Program-made: the position numbers and the translations under genes
Source of the DNA: an uncultured Pseudomonadota bacterium
GTDB lineage: Bacteria > Vulcanimicrobiota > Vulcanimicrobiia > Eremiobacterales > Eremiobacteraceae
Assembly (NCBI GenBank): GCA_963736005.1
Contig: CAVTNB010000001.1
Coordinates: 480,001-544,000 of the forward strand
Reading direction: 5' to 3'
DNA length: 64,000 nucleotides
Shown here: positions 1 through 9,685 of the stretch, one piece after another
Layout of the letters: every line of letters starts with the position of its first letter
Numbering within the stretch: the stretch's first letter is position 1
Notes under the pieces: generated by a model
What the model was told of the DNA's origin: nothing
Database searches by the model: none
Seen by the model: the letters and a program-made list of their open reading frames with translations, nothing else

Positions 1-72
1 GGAATTGTCGGAAGCCACGCGGCCGATCTGCATCTTGCGCACGCTGCGCGCCTTGGTCTGGTTCTCCGTCAT
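1..72 (-). CDS. rpsQ: 30S ribosomal protein S17, N-terminal part (runs off window start)
   Basis: Manual translation [27 protein letters not shown] overlaps the rpmC TGA; expected position after rpmC. Confidence 0.8.
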   Translation of the reverse strand, partial: MTENQTKARSVRKMQIGRVASDNS

Positions 73-296
73 CGCTTCTTCCATCGTCTACCCAGCCAGC
101 CTCCGCTCGCCAAAAGCGTGTACAGTTGCGCGATGTCGCGCCGCAGCTTGCTCACCGTGGCGTGATCCTCCAGATGCCCGGTGACAAGCTGGAAGCGCAA
201 ATTGAACAGCTCTTCCTTGGTGGCAGTGAGCTTCTCTTCGAGCTCGCGCGTGGTCAACTCGCGCAGGCTGCGCAGTTCGCTAGACTTCAAACGCAA
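69..296 (-). CDS. rpmC: 50S ribosomal protein L29
   Basis: [15 protein letters not shown]...LRRDIA motif; TTG start; C-terminus possibly garbled. Confidence 0.9.
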   Translation of the reverse strand: MRLKSSELRSLRELTTRELEEKLTATKEELFNLRFQLVTGHLEDHATVSKLRRDIAQLYTLLASGGWLGRRWKKR

Positions 297-716
297 TCAC
301 CCGCCCTTTCGCGACGGACAATACTTTCGTGCGGATCGGCAACTTGAAAGCGGCCAGCGTAAGCGCTTCCTTGGCGACGAGTCGGCTCGACGCCGGACAG
401 CTCGAAAAGGATGCGGCCCAGGGCGCACCACAGCGACCCAGCCCTCGGGCGCGCCTTTGCCCGAACCTTGCCGCGTTTCTGCAGGCTTCTTCGTGTACGA
501 TTTGTCGGGGAAAATCGTGATCCACACTTTTCCGCCGCGCTTGATATGGCGCGTCATAGCGATACGAGCGGCTTCGATCTGGCGGTTGGTGATCCACGCC
601 GGCTCGAGCGCCTGCAAGCCGTACTCGCCGAAGTGCGAGCAGTTGCCCGATCTGGCGCGGCCCTTCATTCGTCCGCGCTGCACTTTGCGGTGCTTGACGC
701 GTTTTGGCATCAACAT
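297..716 (-). CDS. rplP: 50S ribosomal protein L16 (apparent frameshifts near C-terminus)
   Basis: [16 protein letters not shown]...[11 protein letters not shown]...[14 protein letters not shown]; the terminal [16 protein letters not shown] is in another frame. Confidence 0.93.
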   Translation of the reverse strand: MLMPKRVKHRKVQRGRMKGRARSGNCSHFGEYGLQALEPAWITNRQIEAARIAMTRHIKRGGKVWITIFPDKSYTKKPAETRQGSGKGAPEGWVAVVRPGPHPFRAVRRRADSSPRKRLRWPLSSCRSARKYCPSRKGG

Positions 717-719
717 CGA

Positions 720-1612
720 TTACTGTGCTCTCCGCGGCGGGCGCCGCTCGTGCGGTTCGCACGCGAGGGGCCCCGCGGGCTGCTTCCGTCGTGACGGTGC
801 GGCCCGGGGTTCCACCACCAAGCCGTTTCCGGCGACGGTTGCTCGCTCGGCGCAACGGGCGAACCGAAGCTTCAGCGACCGCCTCCGTGGCCGCTGCTCT
901 GGGCGCGCCGTGCGTTGACAGGCACCCGGGCGCTCCGCGCAGCCATGGGCGCGGCGACTTTCCGGTTTCGCCTTGGCCGTCGGGCAGCACTTCGCCCAGA
1001 TAGATCCACACTTTGACGCCGATGCGGCCGAACGTGGTGTAGGCCTCGACGTGCGCGTAGTCGATGTTGGCGCGCAGCGTGTGCAGCGGCACCTTGCCCT
1101 CGAAGTTGCGCTCGACCCGCGCGATCTCAGCACCGCCGAGGCGGCCGCCGCACTTGCACTTTGATGCCTTTGCGCGCCGGCCTTCATGGTGCGCTGAATC
1201 GCCTGGCGCATGGCGCGCCGGAACGCGATGCGCTTCTCGAGCTGATCGACGATGTTGTTGGCGACGAGCTTCGCGTCAAGCTCCGGGTGCTTGATCTCGA
1301 CGACGTTGACGTTGACCTGTTTGCCCGACTACTCTCTCGAGCTTGCTTGCGAAGTTCTTCGATGCCGGCGCCGCGCTTGCCGATGATGATGCCCGGCTTG
1401 GCTGTGTTGATGACCACGCGGACCTGGTTGGCGCGCCGCTCGATCTCGATCGTGCGACACGGCGGCGGAGCGCGACGAGGCCGTCCACGATCTCGCGCAT
1501 GCGCAGATCTTCGTGCAGGCGTATCCCGATATTGCTTGCCTTCGAACCAGCGCGAGTCCCACGTACGCGTGATGCCGAGCCGGAAGCCGATGGGGTTGAC
1601 CTTCTGGCCCAT
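720..1612 (-). CDS. rpsC: 30S ribosomal protein S3 (multiple apparent frameshifts, long C-terminal tail)
   Basis: [16 protein letters not shown] motif [13 protein letters not shown] and [11 protein letters not shown]...GVKVWIY are spread over several frames. Confidence 0.92.
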
Positions 1613-1613
1613 G

Positions 1614-1956
1614 CTATGCGTCCTCTCCGTCGGACACGGTGATCGTCACGTGTGACATCCTTCTTCCTCTTAAAGCCGGCCTGGCCGCGAGCGCGCGCCT
1701 CGACCGTTTGAACGATCGGACCGCCATCGACCGTCGCGCGCGACGATGACCAGATCGCCGGGCTTCATCCCGTGGTTGTTCTCCGCGTTTGCGGCGGCCG
1801 AGCGCACGATTTTCTGGATCGCCTTCGCCGCCGAGCGGCGAGAAATACAGCAGTCGTCAGCGCGCGATCCACGCGCTTGCCCGCGGATGACGTCGACGAC
1901 GCGGCGCGCCTTGCGCGGCGGCACTCGAGGAACTTGACCGTTGCGTGTGCTTGCAT
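1614..1956 (-). CDS. rplV: 50S ribosomal protein L22 (frameshifted)
   Basis: [33 protein letters not shown] and [14 protein letters not shown] lie in different frames. Confidence 0.88.
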
Positions 1957-1967
1957 CCTGATTCCCT

Positions 1968-1993
1968 GGGCGATTTTCCAATGGCTCCCTACA
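1968..1993 (-). repeat. REP-like palindrome family A, degenerate copy (rpsS-rplV spacer)
   Basis: gggcgattttccaatggctccctaca; matches the 6294 and 9638 copies. Confidence 0.75.
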
Positions 1994-2000
1994 ATAAAGG

Positions 2001-2291
2001 TCATTTGACTTCGACTTTTTCTGGAGGCCGCACCGCTGCCGTGACCGCGGAAGAGTGCGCGTCGGCGCGAACTCGCCCAGCTTGTGCCCAACCATGTTCT
2101 CCTGCACGTAGACCGGCACGTGCTTCTTGCCGTCGTGCACCGCGATCGTGTGGCCCACCATGGCCGGCACAATCGTCGATGCGCGCGACCAGGTCTTGAT
2201 CACGCGCTTTTCGCGCGTCGAATTCATGCGCTCGACTTGCGACGAGCAGATGATCCGCAACGAACGGACCCTTTTTTGAAGAACGGCTCAT
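2001..2291 (-). CDS. rpsS: 30S ribosomal protein S19 (frameshifted)
   Basis: [11 protein letters not shown] and [10 protein letters not shown]...[14 protein letters not shown]. Confidence 0.93.
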   Translation of the reverse strand: MSRSSKKGPFVADHLLVASRAHEFDARKARDQDLVARIDDCAGHGGPHDRGARRQEARAGLRAGEHGWAQAGRVRADAHSSAVTAAVRPPEKVEVK

Positions 2292-3123
2292 TTTTTGCCC
2301 CGCCGCTTGACGATGAACTTTGTGGTGCGCTTGGTGCGGCGCGTCTTCTTGCCCATCGTCATCTCACCCCAAGGCGTCGTGGGCGGACGGCCAGCCGTCG
2401 AGCGCGCTTCGCCGCCGCCGTGCGGATGGTCGACCGGGTTCATCGCGACGCCGCGCACGTGCGGGCGGCGACCCAGCCAGCGCGTGCGACCAGCTTTGCC
2501 GACCATTTGGTTCTCGTGATCGACGTTGCCGAGCTGGCCGATCGTCGCGCGGCAAACAACAGCGATCTTTCCGCACTTCGCCCGAAGGCATGCGGATCTG
2601 GGCGTAGTCGCCTTCTTTTGCCATGAGCTGCGCGGCGCCGCCGCGCCGAGCGCACCAGCTTGCCGCCTTGGCCGGGCGAGAGCTCGATGTTGTGGATGAC
2701 TGTGCCGACGCGGGATGTTGGAAAGCGGCAACGCGTTGCCGGTCTTGATGTCCGCTGCCGGGCCCGACACGAGGACGTCGCCTACCGCCAACCCGAGCGG
2801 CGCGAAGATGTAGCGCTTCTCGCCGTCGCGGTAGTGCAAGCAGCGCGATGCCGCGCGGAGCGGTTGGGATCGTACTCGATAGCCGCAACTTTGGCGGGCA
2901 CGCCGTCTTTGTTGCGCTTGAAATCAATCCGCCGGTACATGACTCTTATGGCCGCCGCCGCGATGCCGTACGGTGATATGCCCGTTGAAGTTGCTGCCGG
3001 CGTTTTTCTTGAGCGGTTCGAGTGAGCGATTCTCTGGCTTGCTTCTTGGTGAGCTCCTCGAACGTGGCGATCGCATGCAAAGCGTCGCCCTGGTGACGTC
3101 GGCTTGAATGTCTTTAGCGGCAT
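2288..3123 (-). CDS. rplB: 50S ribosomal protein L2 (multiple apparent frameshifts)
   Basis: [23 protein letters not shown] and [16 protein letters not shown] lie in different frames. Confidence 0.94.
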
Positions 3124-3142
3124 GATCCACCTCGGGCGACGA

Positions 3143-3172
3143 TGTAGTCGCGCGAATTTATTCGCGCGCGCG
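3143..3172 (+). repeat. REP-like palindrome family B (rplW-rplB spacer)
   Basis: tGTAGtcgcgcgaatttattcgcgcg hairpin; further copies at 21172, 35373, 55263 and 55299. Confidence 0.8.
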
Positions 3173-3177
3173 CAGCG

Positions 3178-3494
3178 TTACGATTCAAAGTAGTTCACGC
3201 CACCGAGCTCGATCTTGTCGCCGGCGCGGAGCGTGACGACCGCCTTTTTCCAATCGGTGCGCTTCACCGACGGCCTGCGCGTGCGACGGCGCATGTCGTG
3301 CTTGTGCTTGCCTTTGACCCGCTGACCGTATTGACCCGCAGCACCTTCACTTTGAACAGTTTTTCAATCGCTTCGGCGATCGTGTGTTTGCTCGCCTCAA
3401 ACGACACGGCAAATGTGTATTGCGCGCCTGCGGTTTGCGCGATGGATTTTTCGGTGACGACCGGTTTCACAATAGTGCGACGCGCTTCAGCCAC
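3178..3494 (-). CDS. rplW: 50S ribosomal protein L23 (frameshifted)
   Basis: IVKPVVTEKS...IEKLFKVKVLRVNT and RTDWKKAVVTL...YFES-stop. Confidence 0.9.
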
Positions 3495-4119
3495 CGCACA
3501 CCTCCGCGAGCGCCGCAAGGGCTGCTTTACTGACGACGAGACGATCGAATCGTAGGATGGAATGCACTGAGAGGTCATCGTACGCGCAGACTTTCGCGCG
3601 ACGTAAGTTGCGCGCGGCAAGGTAGATAGCGCGGGCGTGTTTGTCGCCGGTCGCATGAACCGCGAGCAGCACCGAGTCGCCCTGCCCGTCGGGCCACAGC
3701 ACCGCTTGCAGCTCTTTGGTTTTCGTTGGGTTGAGATCGTCCGCGTCGATGACCGACAACGAACCGGCTTGCGCTTTGTCGGCGACAGCCATAGCCAAGG
3801 CGCTGCGCCGTGCGCGCTTGTTCATGCCTTTGGCGTGCGAACGCGGATGCGGGCCAAAGACGACGCCGCCCTTGCGCCACAGCGGCGAGCGGATGCTGCC
3901 GTGCCGCGCGCGGCCGGTGCCTTTTTGGCGCCACGGCTTTCGCCCGCCGCCAGAAACCTCGTCGCGAGTTTTGGTATCAGCCGTTCCTGCGCGACGGTTG
4001 GCGAGCTGGCGCACGACTGCCTGATGCATGACCGAAATCTTCGGCTGCTGTGAGAACACTGCCGGGATCTCGAGCTTGCCCACGGTTTTGCCGGCCTTAT
4101 CGATCTGTAAAGCAGTCAC
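3487..4119 (-). CDS. rplD: 50S ribosomal protein L4
   Basis: [30 protein letters not shown]. Confidence 0.97.
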   Translation of the reverse strand: MTALQIDKAGKTVGKLEIPAVFSQQPKISVMHQAVVRQLANRRAGTADTKTRDEVSGGGRKPWRQKGTGRARHGSIRSPLWRKGGVVFGPHPRSHAKGMNKRARRSALAMAVADKAQAGSLSVIDADDLNPTKTKELQAVLWPDGQGDSVLLAVHATGDKHARAIYLAARNLRRAKVCAYDDLSVHSILRFDRLVVSKAALAALAEVCGG

Positions 4120-4757
4120 GACGCTTGCACCTTGCGCTTGGCCTTCACGGCGGGTCGTACGAGCACAATGGCGCGCTTGCCGCCGGGCACCGCGCCGCGG
4201 ACCAGCAGCAGATTACGCTCTTTGTCAGCCCCGATCACTTGTAAGTTGAGCGTGGTGATGCGCTCCACCCCGAGATGGCCGGGCCGATGGCTGCCCTTCA
4301 CCGTCTTGGCCGCATTCGTGTCGCCGGCGCTTCCTGGTTGGCGATGAATCATCGAGCCATGGCTTGCGCCGCCGCCCGATCCATTCCAACGCTTCATGAT
4401 TCCGGCAAAGCCTTTGCCTTTTGAGAAGCCCGTGACATCCACAATATCGCCAACCTCAAAGCCTTCGACCGTGACCATATCGCCCGTCTTGGCGTCGCCG
4501 GTCTCGCCTCGGAACTCGTGCAGCACAGCTTTTGGGGCGACATTGAGTTTTTCGAAGCGGCCGCGCATCGCTTTTGTCAGCCCTTTAAATTTGGCGTCCT
4601 CGAATCCCAAGACGACCGCGTCGTAACCGTGTTTGTCGGCGGTCTTGCGCTCGATCACTTGGCACGGCCCTGCAGAAATGACCGTGACGGGAACGATCGC
4701 GCCATCTTGCGCGAAGACGTTCGTCATGCCGAGCTTGCGTCCAATAATGTGTTTCAT
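4116..4757 (-). CDS. rplC: 50S ribosomal protein L3
   Basis: IIGRKLGMT...SKGKGFAG...[11 protein letters not shown]. Confidence 0.97.
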   Translation of the reverse strand: MKHIIGRKLGMTNVFAQDGAIVPVTVISAGPCQVIERKTADKHGYDAVVLGFEDAKFKGLTKAMRGRFEKLNVAPKAVLHEFRGETGDAKTGDMVTVEGFEVGDIVDVTGFSKGKGFAGIMKRWNGSGGGASHGSMIHRQPGSAGDTNAAKTVKGSHRPGHLGVERITTLNLQVIGADKERNLLLVRGAVPGGKRAIVLVRPAVKAKRKVQAS

Positions 4758-4761
4758 ATCG

Positions 4762-5067
4762 TTATGCCTTGAGTTCGATGTCCACGCCGGCCGGCAGGTC
4801 GAGATGCATCAGCGCATCCATCGTTTTCGCCGAAGCTTGGAGGATATCGATGAGCCGTTTGTGCGTGCGAATCTCGAAGTGTTCCCGGCTCTTTTTGTCA
4901 ACGTGTGGGGAGCGCAGCACGCAACTGCGCTCGATCTCCGTCGGCAGCGGCACTGGCCCCGAGACAAACGCGCCCGTGCGCTTCGCTGTTTCGACGATGC
5001 GCTCTGCCGATTGATCGAGGATCTTATGATCGTAGGCCCGCAGCCTGATCCGAATCTTGCCTGCCAT
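4762..5067 (-). CDS. rpsJ: 30S ribosomal protein S10
   Basis: [15 protein letters not shown]...[16 protein letters not shown]. Confidence 0.98.
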   Translation of the reverse strand: MAGKIRIRLRAYDHKILDQSAERIVETAKRTGAFVSGPVPLPTEIERSCVLRSPHVDKKSREHFEIRTHKRLIDILQASAKTMDALMHLDLPAGVDIELKA

Positions 5068-5071
5068 ATCG

Positions 5072-6269
5072 TTACTCGGTCACCTTGGTCACGACGCCGG
5101 CACCCACGGTGCGGCCGCCCTCGCGAATGGCAAAGCGCAGGCCTTCCTCGCACGCGATGGGCGTGATCAACTCCACCTCCATGCGCACGTTGTCACCGGG
5201 CATCACCATCTCCACCCCTTCGGGCAGTTTGATCGAGCCCGTCACATCCGTCGTCCGAAAGTAAAATTGTGGACGGTAGTTCGAGAAAAACGGCGTGTGC
5301 CGGCCTCCCTCATCCTTCGAGAGCACGTACACTTCGGCTTCGAACTTCTTGTGCGGCTTGATCGAGCCGGGCTTGGCTAACACTTGCCCGCGCTCGATGT
5401 CGTCGCGCTCGATGCCACGCAGCAGCACCCCGATGTTGTCACCCGCAATGCCCTCGTCGAGCAGCTTGCGAAACATCTCGATGCCCGTCACCACAGACTT
5501 GCGCGCCTTATCCACCAAGCCCACGATCTCGACTTCGTCGCCCACTTTCACCCGGCCACGCTCCACCCGACCGGTCCCAACGGTCCCTCGGCCCGTAATT
5601 GTAAACACGTCTTCCACCGGCATGAGAAACGGTTTGTCCACGTCGCGCTGCGGCACCGGAATGTAGGCATCTACCGCATCCATGAGATCGAGGATCTTCT
5701 TTGACCACTCCCCTGGGCTTGTCTCTTCCAAGGCCTTGAGCGCGCTCCCGCGGATCACCGGGATCTCATGACCGGGGAACTTATAGGCCGACAAAAGCTC
5801 GCGCACTTCCATCTCGACTAAGTCGATTAGCTCGGGGTCGTCCACCATGTCCACCTTATTGAGGAACACCACCAAAAACGGTACCCCTACTTGCCGCGCC
5901 AGCAAGATGTGCTCGCGCGTCTGGGGCATGGGGCCATCCGCCGCCGACACAACGAGGATCGCCCCGTCCATCTGCGCCGCGCCCTGTGATCATGTTCTTG
6001 ATGTAGTCAGCATGACCGGGGGCGTCCACGTGGCTGTAGTGGCGCTTTTTGGTCTCGTACTCGGCGTGGTACAGCTGGATCGTTATCCCGCGCTCTTTCT
6101 CTTCCGGCGCGTTATCGATCTGATCCACCACCAACTTCTTGGTGCCCGTACCCGACTCGGCCAGCACCTTTGTGATGGCAGCCGTCAGCGTCGTTTTACC
6201 GTGGTCCACGTGACCAATCGTGCCGATGTTGACGTGCGGCTTCGTCCGCTCGAATTTTTGCTTCGCCAT
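5072..6269 (-). CDS. tuf: Elongation factor Tu (single-base frameshift near 5983, likely sequencing error)
   Basis: [37 protein letters not shown] and [16 protein letters not shown]; the break is an extra G in a short G run. Confidence 0.97.
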
Positions 6270-6293
6270 TTCTTCCTCTTACATTCCGTCTTT

Positions 6294-6320
6294 GGGGCGA
6301 TTTTCCAATCGCCCCCTACA
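6294..6320 (-). repeat. REP-like palindrome family A (fusA-tuf spacer)
   Basis: Minus strand reads TGTAGGGGGCGATTGGAAAATCGCCCC; identical to 9638-9664. Confidence 0.85.
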
Positions 6321-6321
6321 A

Positions 6322-8460
6322 TTAACCCCTTGCTTTGCCTGTGTTCTTCTCGACAATTTCCTCTTCGATGCTCTTGGGCACTTGCGCATAGTGCGCGAAC
6401 TCCATGGTGTACGTTGCACGCCCTTGCGTGCGGCTGCGCAGGTCCGTTGCGTAGCCAAACATCTCGGAAAGCGGCACGTTGGCCTTGATCTTTTGCGTTC
6501 CACCGGGTTCTGGTTCCATGCCAAGCACGTGGCCGCGTCGGGAGTTCAAATCGCCAATAACTTCACCGAGGAAGCCATCCGGCGTGACCACTTCGACTGC
6601 CATGATCGGTTCCTTGATGATGGGGCCTGCCTTGCGAGCCGCTTCCTTGAATGCGATCGAGCCCGCAATCTTAAAGGCCATTTCGTTTGAGTCGACGTCG
6701 TGATAGGAGCCGTCGAACACGATTGCTTTGAAGTCCACCACAGGGTAGCCGGCCAGCCCGCCCGATAGCGCGGCCTCGCGCAAACCAGCTTCGATCGGTT
6801 TGATAAATTCCTTCGGAATGGCGCCCCCGACGATCTCACTCTCGAACTCCACGCCGGATCCAGGCGGCAACGGCTCCACGCGGATCCAAGCATCGCCATA
6901 CTGCCCCTTGCCGCCGGTCTGCCGCACGTAGCGGCCCTGCGCCTCGGCCGTTTTCGTGATTGCTTCTTTGTACGCCACTTGGGGCTTGCCGACGTTGGCT
7001 TGCACCTTGAACTCGCGTAGCAGCCGGTCGACAATGATTTCCAAGTGGAGCTCTCCCATGCCGGAAATGATTGTTTGCCCGGTTTCTTCGTCGGTGTACA
7101 TCTTAAAGGTAGGGTCTTCTTCGGCAAGCTTCGCAAGCGACTGGCCGAGCTTTTCTTGATCGACCTTGGTTTTTGGTTCAATGGCCTGGCTGATGACCGG
7201 CTCCGGGAACGTAATGTTCTCCAAGATGATCGGGTGCTTCTCATCGCACAACGTGTCGCCGGTGGTTGTGTTCTTCAGGCCCACGGCAGCCGCGATATCG
7301 CCCGCTTCCACGCTGTCGACGTCCTCGCGGTGGTTCGCGTGCATGCGCAAGATGCGGCCGATGCGCTCGCGCTGGCCCTTGGTTGAGTTGTAGACGTACG
7401 AACCCGCCGTCAGCTTGCCGGAGTACGTCCGGAAGAAGGTCAGCTTACCTACGAAGGGATCGGTCATGATCTTGAATGCCAGCGCGGAGAAGTATTCGTC
7501 ATCGGATGGCTTGCGTGAAACTCTCTGCCCCGGATGGTCCGGGTCGTCGCCCGCTACGTCGGCCAAGTCAATGGGGGAAGGCAAGTAGTCCACTACCGCG
7601 TCAAGCAGTGGCTGCACGCCCTTGTTTTTGAACGCTGCTCCACACAACACGGGGACAACGATGCCCTTGATGGTCGCGGCGCGCAACGCCTTCGCAATCT
7701 CTGACGCTGAAATGTCTTTGCCTTCGATGAACTTTTCCGTGAGGTGCTCGTCCGTTTCCGCAACGGCTTCGATGAGTTGCGCACGGTGGCGCACGATCAA
7801 GTCTTTCATATCGTCCGGCACCGACGTGGCGGTCATGGTCTTGCCGAGGTCGTCGGTGTAGATCGTCGCTTTGGTGTTGAGCAGGTCGACGAATCCGACG
7901 AACTTGTCTTCGGCGCCGATGGGGAGCATGATGGGCACGGCGCGCGCTCCTAGGCGCTCTCGGATCCTGTCGACGCTATTGTAAAAGTCAGCACCGGTGC
8001 GATCCATCTTGTTGATGAAGATGATGCGCGGAACCCGGTATTTGTTTGCTTGGCGCCACACTGTCTCGCTTTGCGGTTGCACGGCGGCCACGGCATCAAA
8101 AAGGGCAATCAATCCGTCGAGCACCCGCATGGAGCGCTCCACTTCGACGGTAAAGTCCACGTGGCCAGGCGTATCAATAATATTAATTCGCGTGTCGCGC
8201 CAAATGCACGTCGTCGCGGCCGACGTAATCGTGATGCCGCGCTCCTGCTCTTGTTCCATCCAATCCATGGTCGCGGCGCCCTCGTGCACCTCGCCCATCT
8301 TGTGCGTGCGCCCGGTATAGAAGAGAATACGCTCGGTCGTGGTCGTCTTGCCCGCATCGATGTGGGCCGCGATGCCGATGTTTCGAGTGTTCGCCAGCGA
8401 GTATTGACGTGAAGACGTGGTGGCCTTCTTTTCGCTTTGTTGCGTGCTTGACATTACCAT
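6322..8460 (-). CDS. fusA: Elongation factor G
   Basis: [30 protein letters not shown]; intact 712 aa. Confidence 0.98.
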   Translation of the reverse strand: MVMSSTQQSEKKATTSSRQYSLANTRNIGIAAHIDAGKTTTTERILFYTGRTHKMGEVHEGAATMDWMEQEQERGITITSAATTCIWRDTRINIIDTPGHVDFTVEVERSMRVLDGLIALFDAVAAVQPQSETVWRQANKYRVPRIIFINKMDRTGADFYNSVDRIRERLGARAVPIMLPIGAEDKFVGFVDLLNTKATIYTDDLGKTMTATSVPDDMKDLIVRHRAQLIEAVAETDEHLTEKFIEGKDISASEIAKALRAATIKGIVVPVLCGAAFKNKGVQPLLDAVVDYLPSPIDLADVAGDDPDHPGQRVSRKPSDDEYFSALAFKIMTDPFVGKLTFFRTYSGKLTAGSYVYNSTKGQRERIGRILRMHANHREDVDSVEAGDIAAAVGLKNTTTGDTLCDEKHPIILENITFPEPVISQAIEPKTKVDQEKLGQSLAKLAEEDPTFKMYTDEETGQTIISGMGELHLEIIVDRLLREFKVQANVGKPQVAYKEAITKTAEAQGRYVRQTGGKGQYGDAWIRVEPLPPGSGVEFESEIVGGAIPKEFIKPIEAGLREAALSGGLAGYPVVDFKAIVFDGSYHDVDSNEMAFKIAGSIAFKEAARKAGPIIKEPIMAVEVVTPDGFLGEVIGDLNSRRGHVLGMEPEPGGTQKIKANVPLSEMFGYATDLRSRTQGRATYTMEFAHYAQVPKSIEEEIVEKNTGKARG

Positions 8461-8924
8461 CGATAGTGCGCGAATGCTTTGTTCGCCTCAGCCATGCGGT
8501 GCGTATCCTCGCGCTTCTTCACCGCCGCACCCTGGTTGTTCGCCGCGTCCAACAACTCAGCCGCGAGGCGCTCTTCCATCGTGCGACCCGGGCGATTGCG
8601 TGCGAAGCTGATCAACCAGCGCATGCCCATGGCTTGACGCCGGTCCGGACGAACTTCCATCGGCACCTGATAGGTGGCTCCGCCGACGCGCCGGGGACGA
8701 ACCTCGACGAGCGGCATGACGTTATTGAGTGCCTGAGTAAAAACGTCCATAGGATCTTTTTGTGTCTTGCCCTTGAGAATCTCAAACGCCCCATACGTGA
8801 TGCGTTCGGCCGTGCTCTTCTTGCCGCGCAACATGATCTTATTAATGAAGCGCGCCAGCGTCCGGGAAGCAAAACGCGGATCTGGAAGTACCTGACGTTT
8901 GGAGGCAGGTCCCTTGCGTGGCAT
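8454..8924 (-). CDS. rpsG: 30S ribosomal protein S7
   Basis: [11 protein letters not shown]...[15 protein letters not shown]. Confidence 0.98.
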   Translation of the reverse strand: MPRKGPASKRQVLPDPRFASRTLARFINKIMLRGKKSTAERITYGAFEILKGKTQKDPMDVFTQALNNVMPLVEVRPRRVGGATYQVPMEVRPDRRQAMGMRWLISFARNRPGRTMEERLAAELLDAANNQGAAVKKREDTHRMAEANKAFAHYRW

Positions 8925-8927
8925 CGT

Positions 8928-9368
8928 TTACGCCTTCGGCCGCTTGGCGCCGTACTTCGAGCGCCCTTGCTTGCGGTTTTGAACGCCCTGTGCATCCAGG
9001 GTACCGCGGATGATGTGGTAGCGAATGCCCGGCAAATCTTTCACCCGGCCGCCGCGAATGAGGACAACCGAATGCTCTTGCAAATTGTGGCCGATGCCAG
9101 GGATGTACGCCGTCACTTCGATGCCATTGGTGAGTCGCACGCGGGCGACTTTGCGAAGCGCTGAGTTAGGTTTTTTCGGCGTCACCGTTTTGACTTGCGT
9201 GCAAACGCCGCGGCGTTGCGGATTACCCTTTGCGATAAACTTCGTGCGTTGGGGCAAATCGGGATGACCCGGCTTGGCTCCCGTGAGCGACACGAGAAAC
9301 GCCGGCGACTTCGATTTCTTTCTTATCTGTTTGCGACCAGTTCGCACGAGTTGGCTAATTGTCGGCAA
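8928..9368 (-). CDS. rpsL: 30S ribosomal protein S12 with N-terminal loop insertion
   Basis: [30 protein letters not shown] start. Confidence 0.97.
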   Translation of the reverse strand: MPTISQLVRTGRKQIRKKSKSPAFLVSLTGAKPGHPDLPQRTKFIAKGNPQRRGVCTQVKTVTPKKPNSALRKVARVRLTNGIEVTAYIPGIGHNLQEHSVVLIRGGRVKDLPGIRYHIIRGTLDAQGVQNRKQGRSKYGAKRPKA

Positions 9369-9391
9369 CCAAAAACCTCATCAAAAGTAGG

Positions 9392-9416
9392 TGGAGCAGC
9401 GGACCTCAGCAGTCCG
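9392..9416 (+). repeat. REP-like palindrome family C, degenerate copy in rpsL leader
   Basis: tggagcagcggacctcagcagtccg resembles tgtagcagcggacctcctgagtccgct at 60109. Confidence 0.55.
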
Positions 9417-9550
9417 ATTTGGGGATTCTGCGCCCAGGCGCAGCGACGGAGACGGCGCCAAACCGCCCCCTCGAGGACATCCGCGGTACGAACTGGGAGA
9501 AAAAACCGCCCGGAAACCGGGGTTCCCGAAAGGAGACCCGCAACCAACGT

Positions 9551-9580
9551 ATTTTACCAGACGGTACGCCGCAGCGTCAA
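9551..9580 (-). promoter_or_regulatory. Sigma70-type promoter of the str operon
   Basis: TTGACG-18 nt-TAAAAT with an extended -10 TG, about 180 nt upstream of rpsL. Confidence 0.7.
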
Positions 9581-9637
9581 GGCCGCCCGCGTGGCCAAGT
9601 CGCGCCGTGCGTGCATTTGCGGCATCGAGAACGAGAT

Positions 9638-9664
9638 GGGGCGATTTTCCAATCGCCCCCTACA
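9638..9664 (-). repeat. REP-like palindrome family A (downstream of rpoC)
   Basis: ggggcgattttccaatcgccccctaca; exact copy of 6294-6320. Confidence 0.85.
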
Positions 9665-9685
9665 GGGCCCCCGTTATAGGTCCCG

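Noticed and set aside
720..980. Novel domain in the S3 C-terminal extension
   Set aside because: Low-complexity S3 tails are common and this stretch is too frameshifted to read reliably
297..3494. Ribosomal protein genes as true pseudogenes or programmed frameshifts
   Set aside because: These are essential genes with many scattered indels and no slippery-site logic; assembly error is far more likely
5975..5990. Programmed frameshift in tuf (likewise rpoC near 12803 and the coxM-like gene near 40985)
   Set aside because: Each is a single-base indel in a short homopolymer, the typical long-read error
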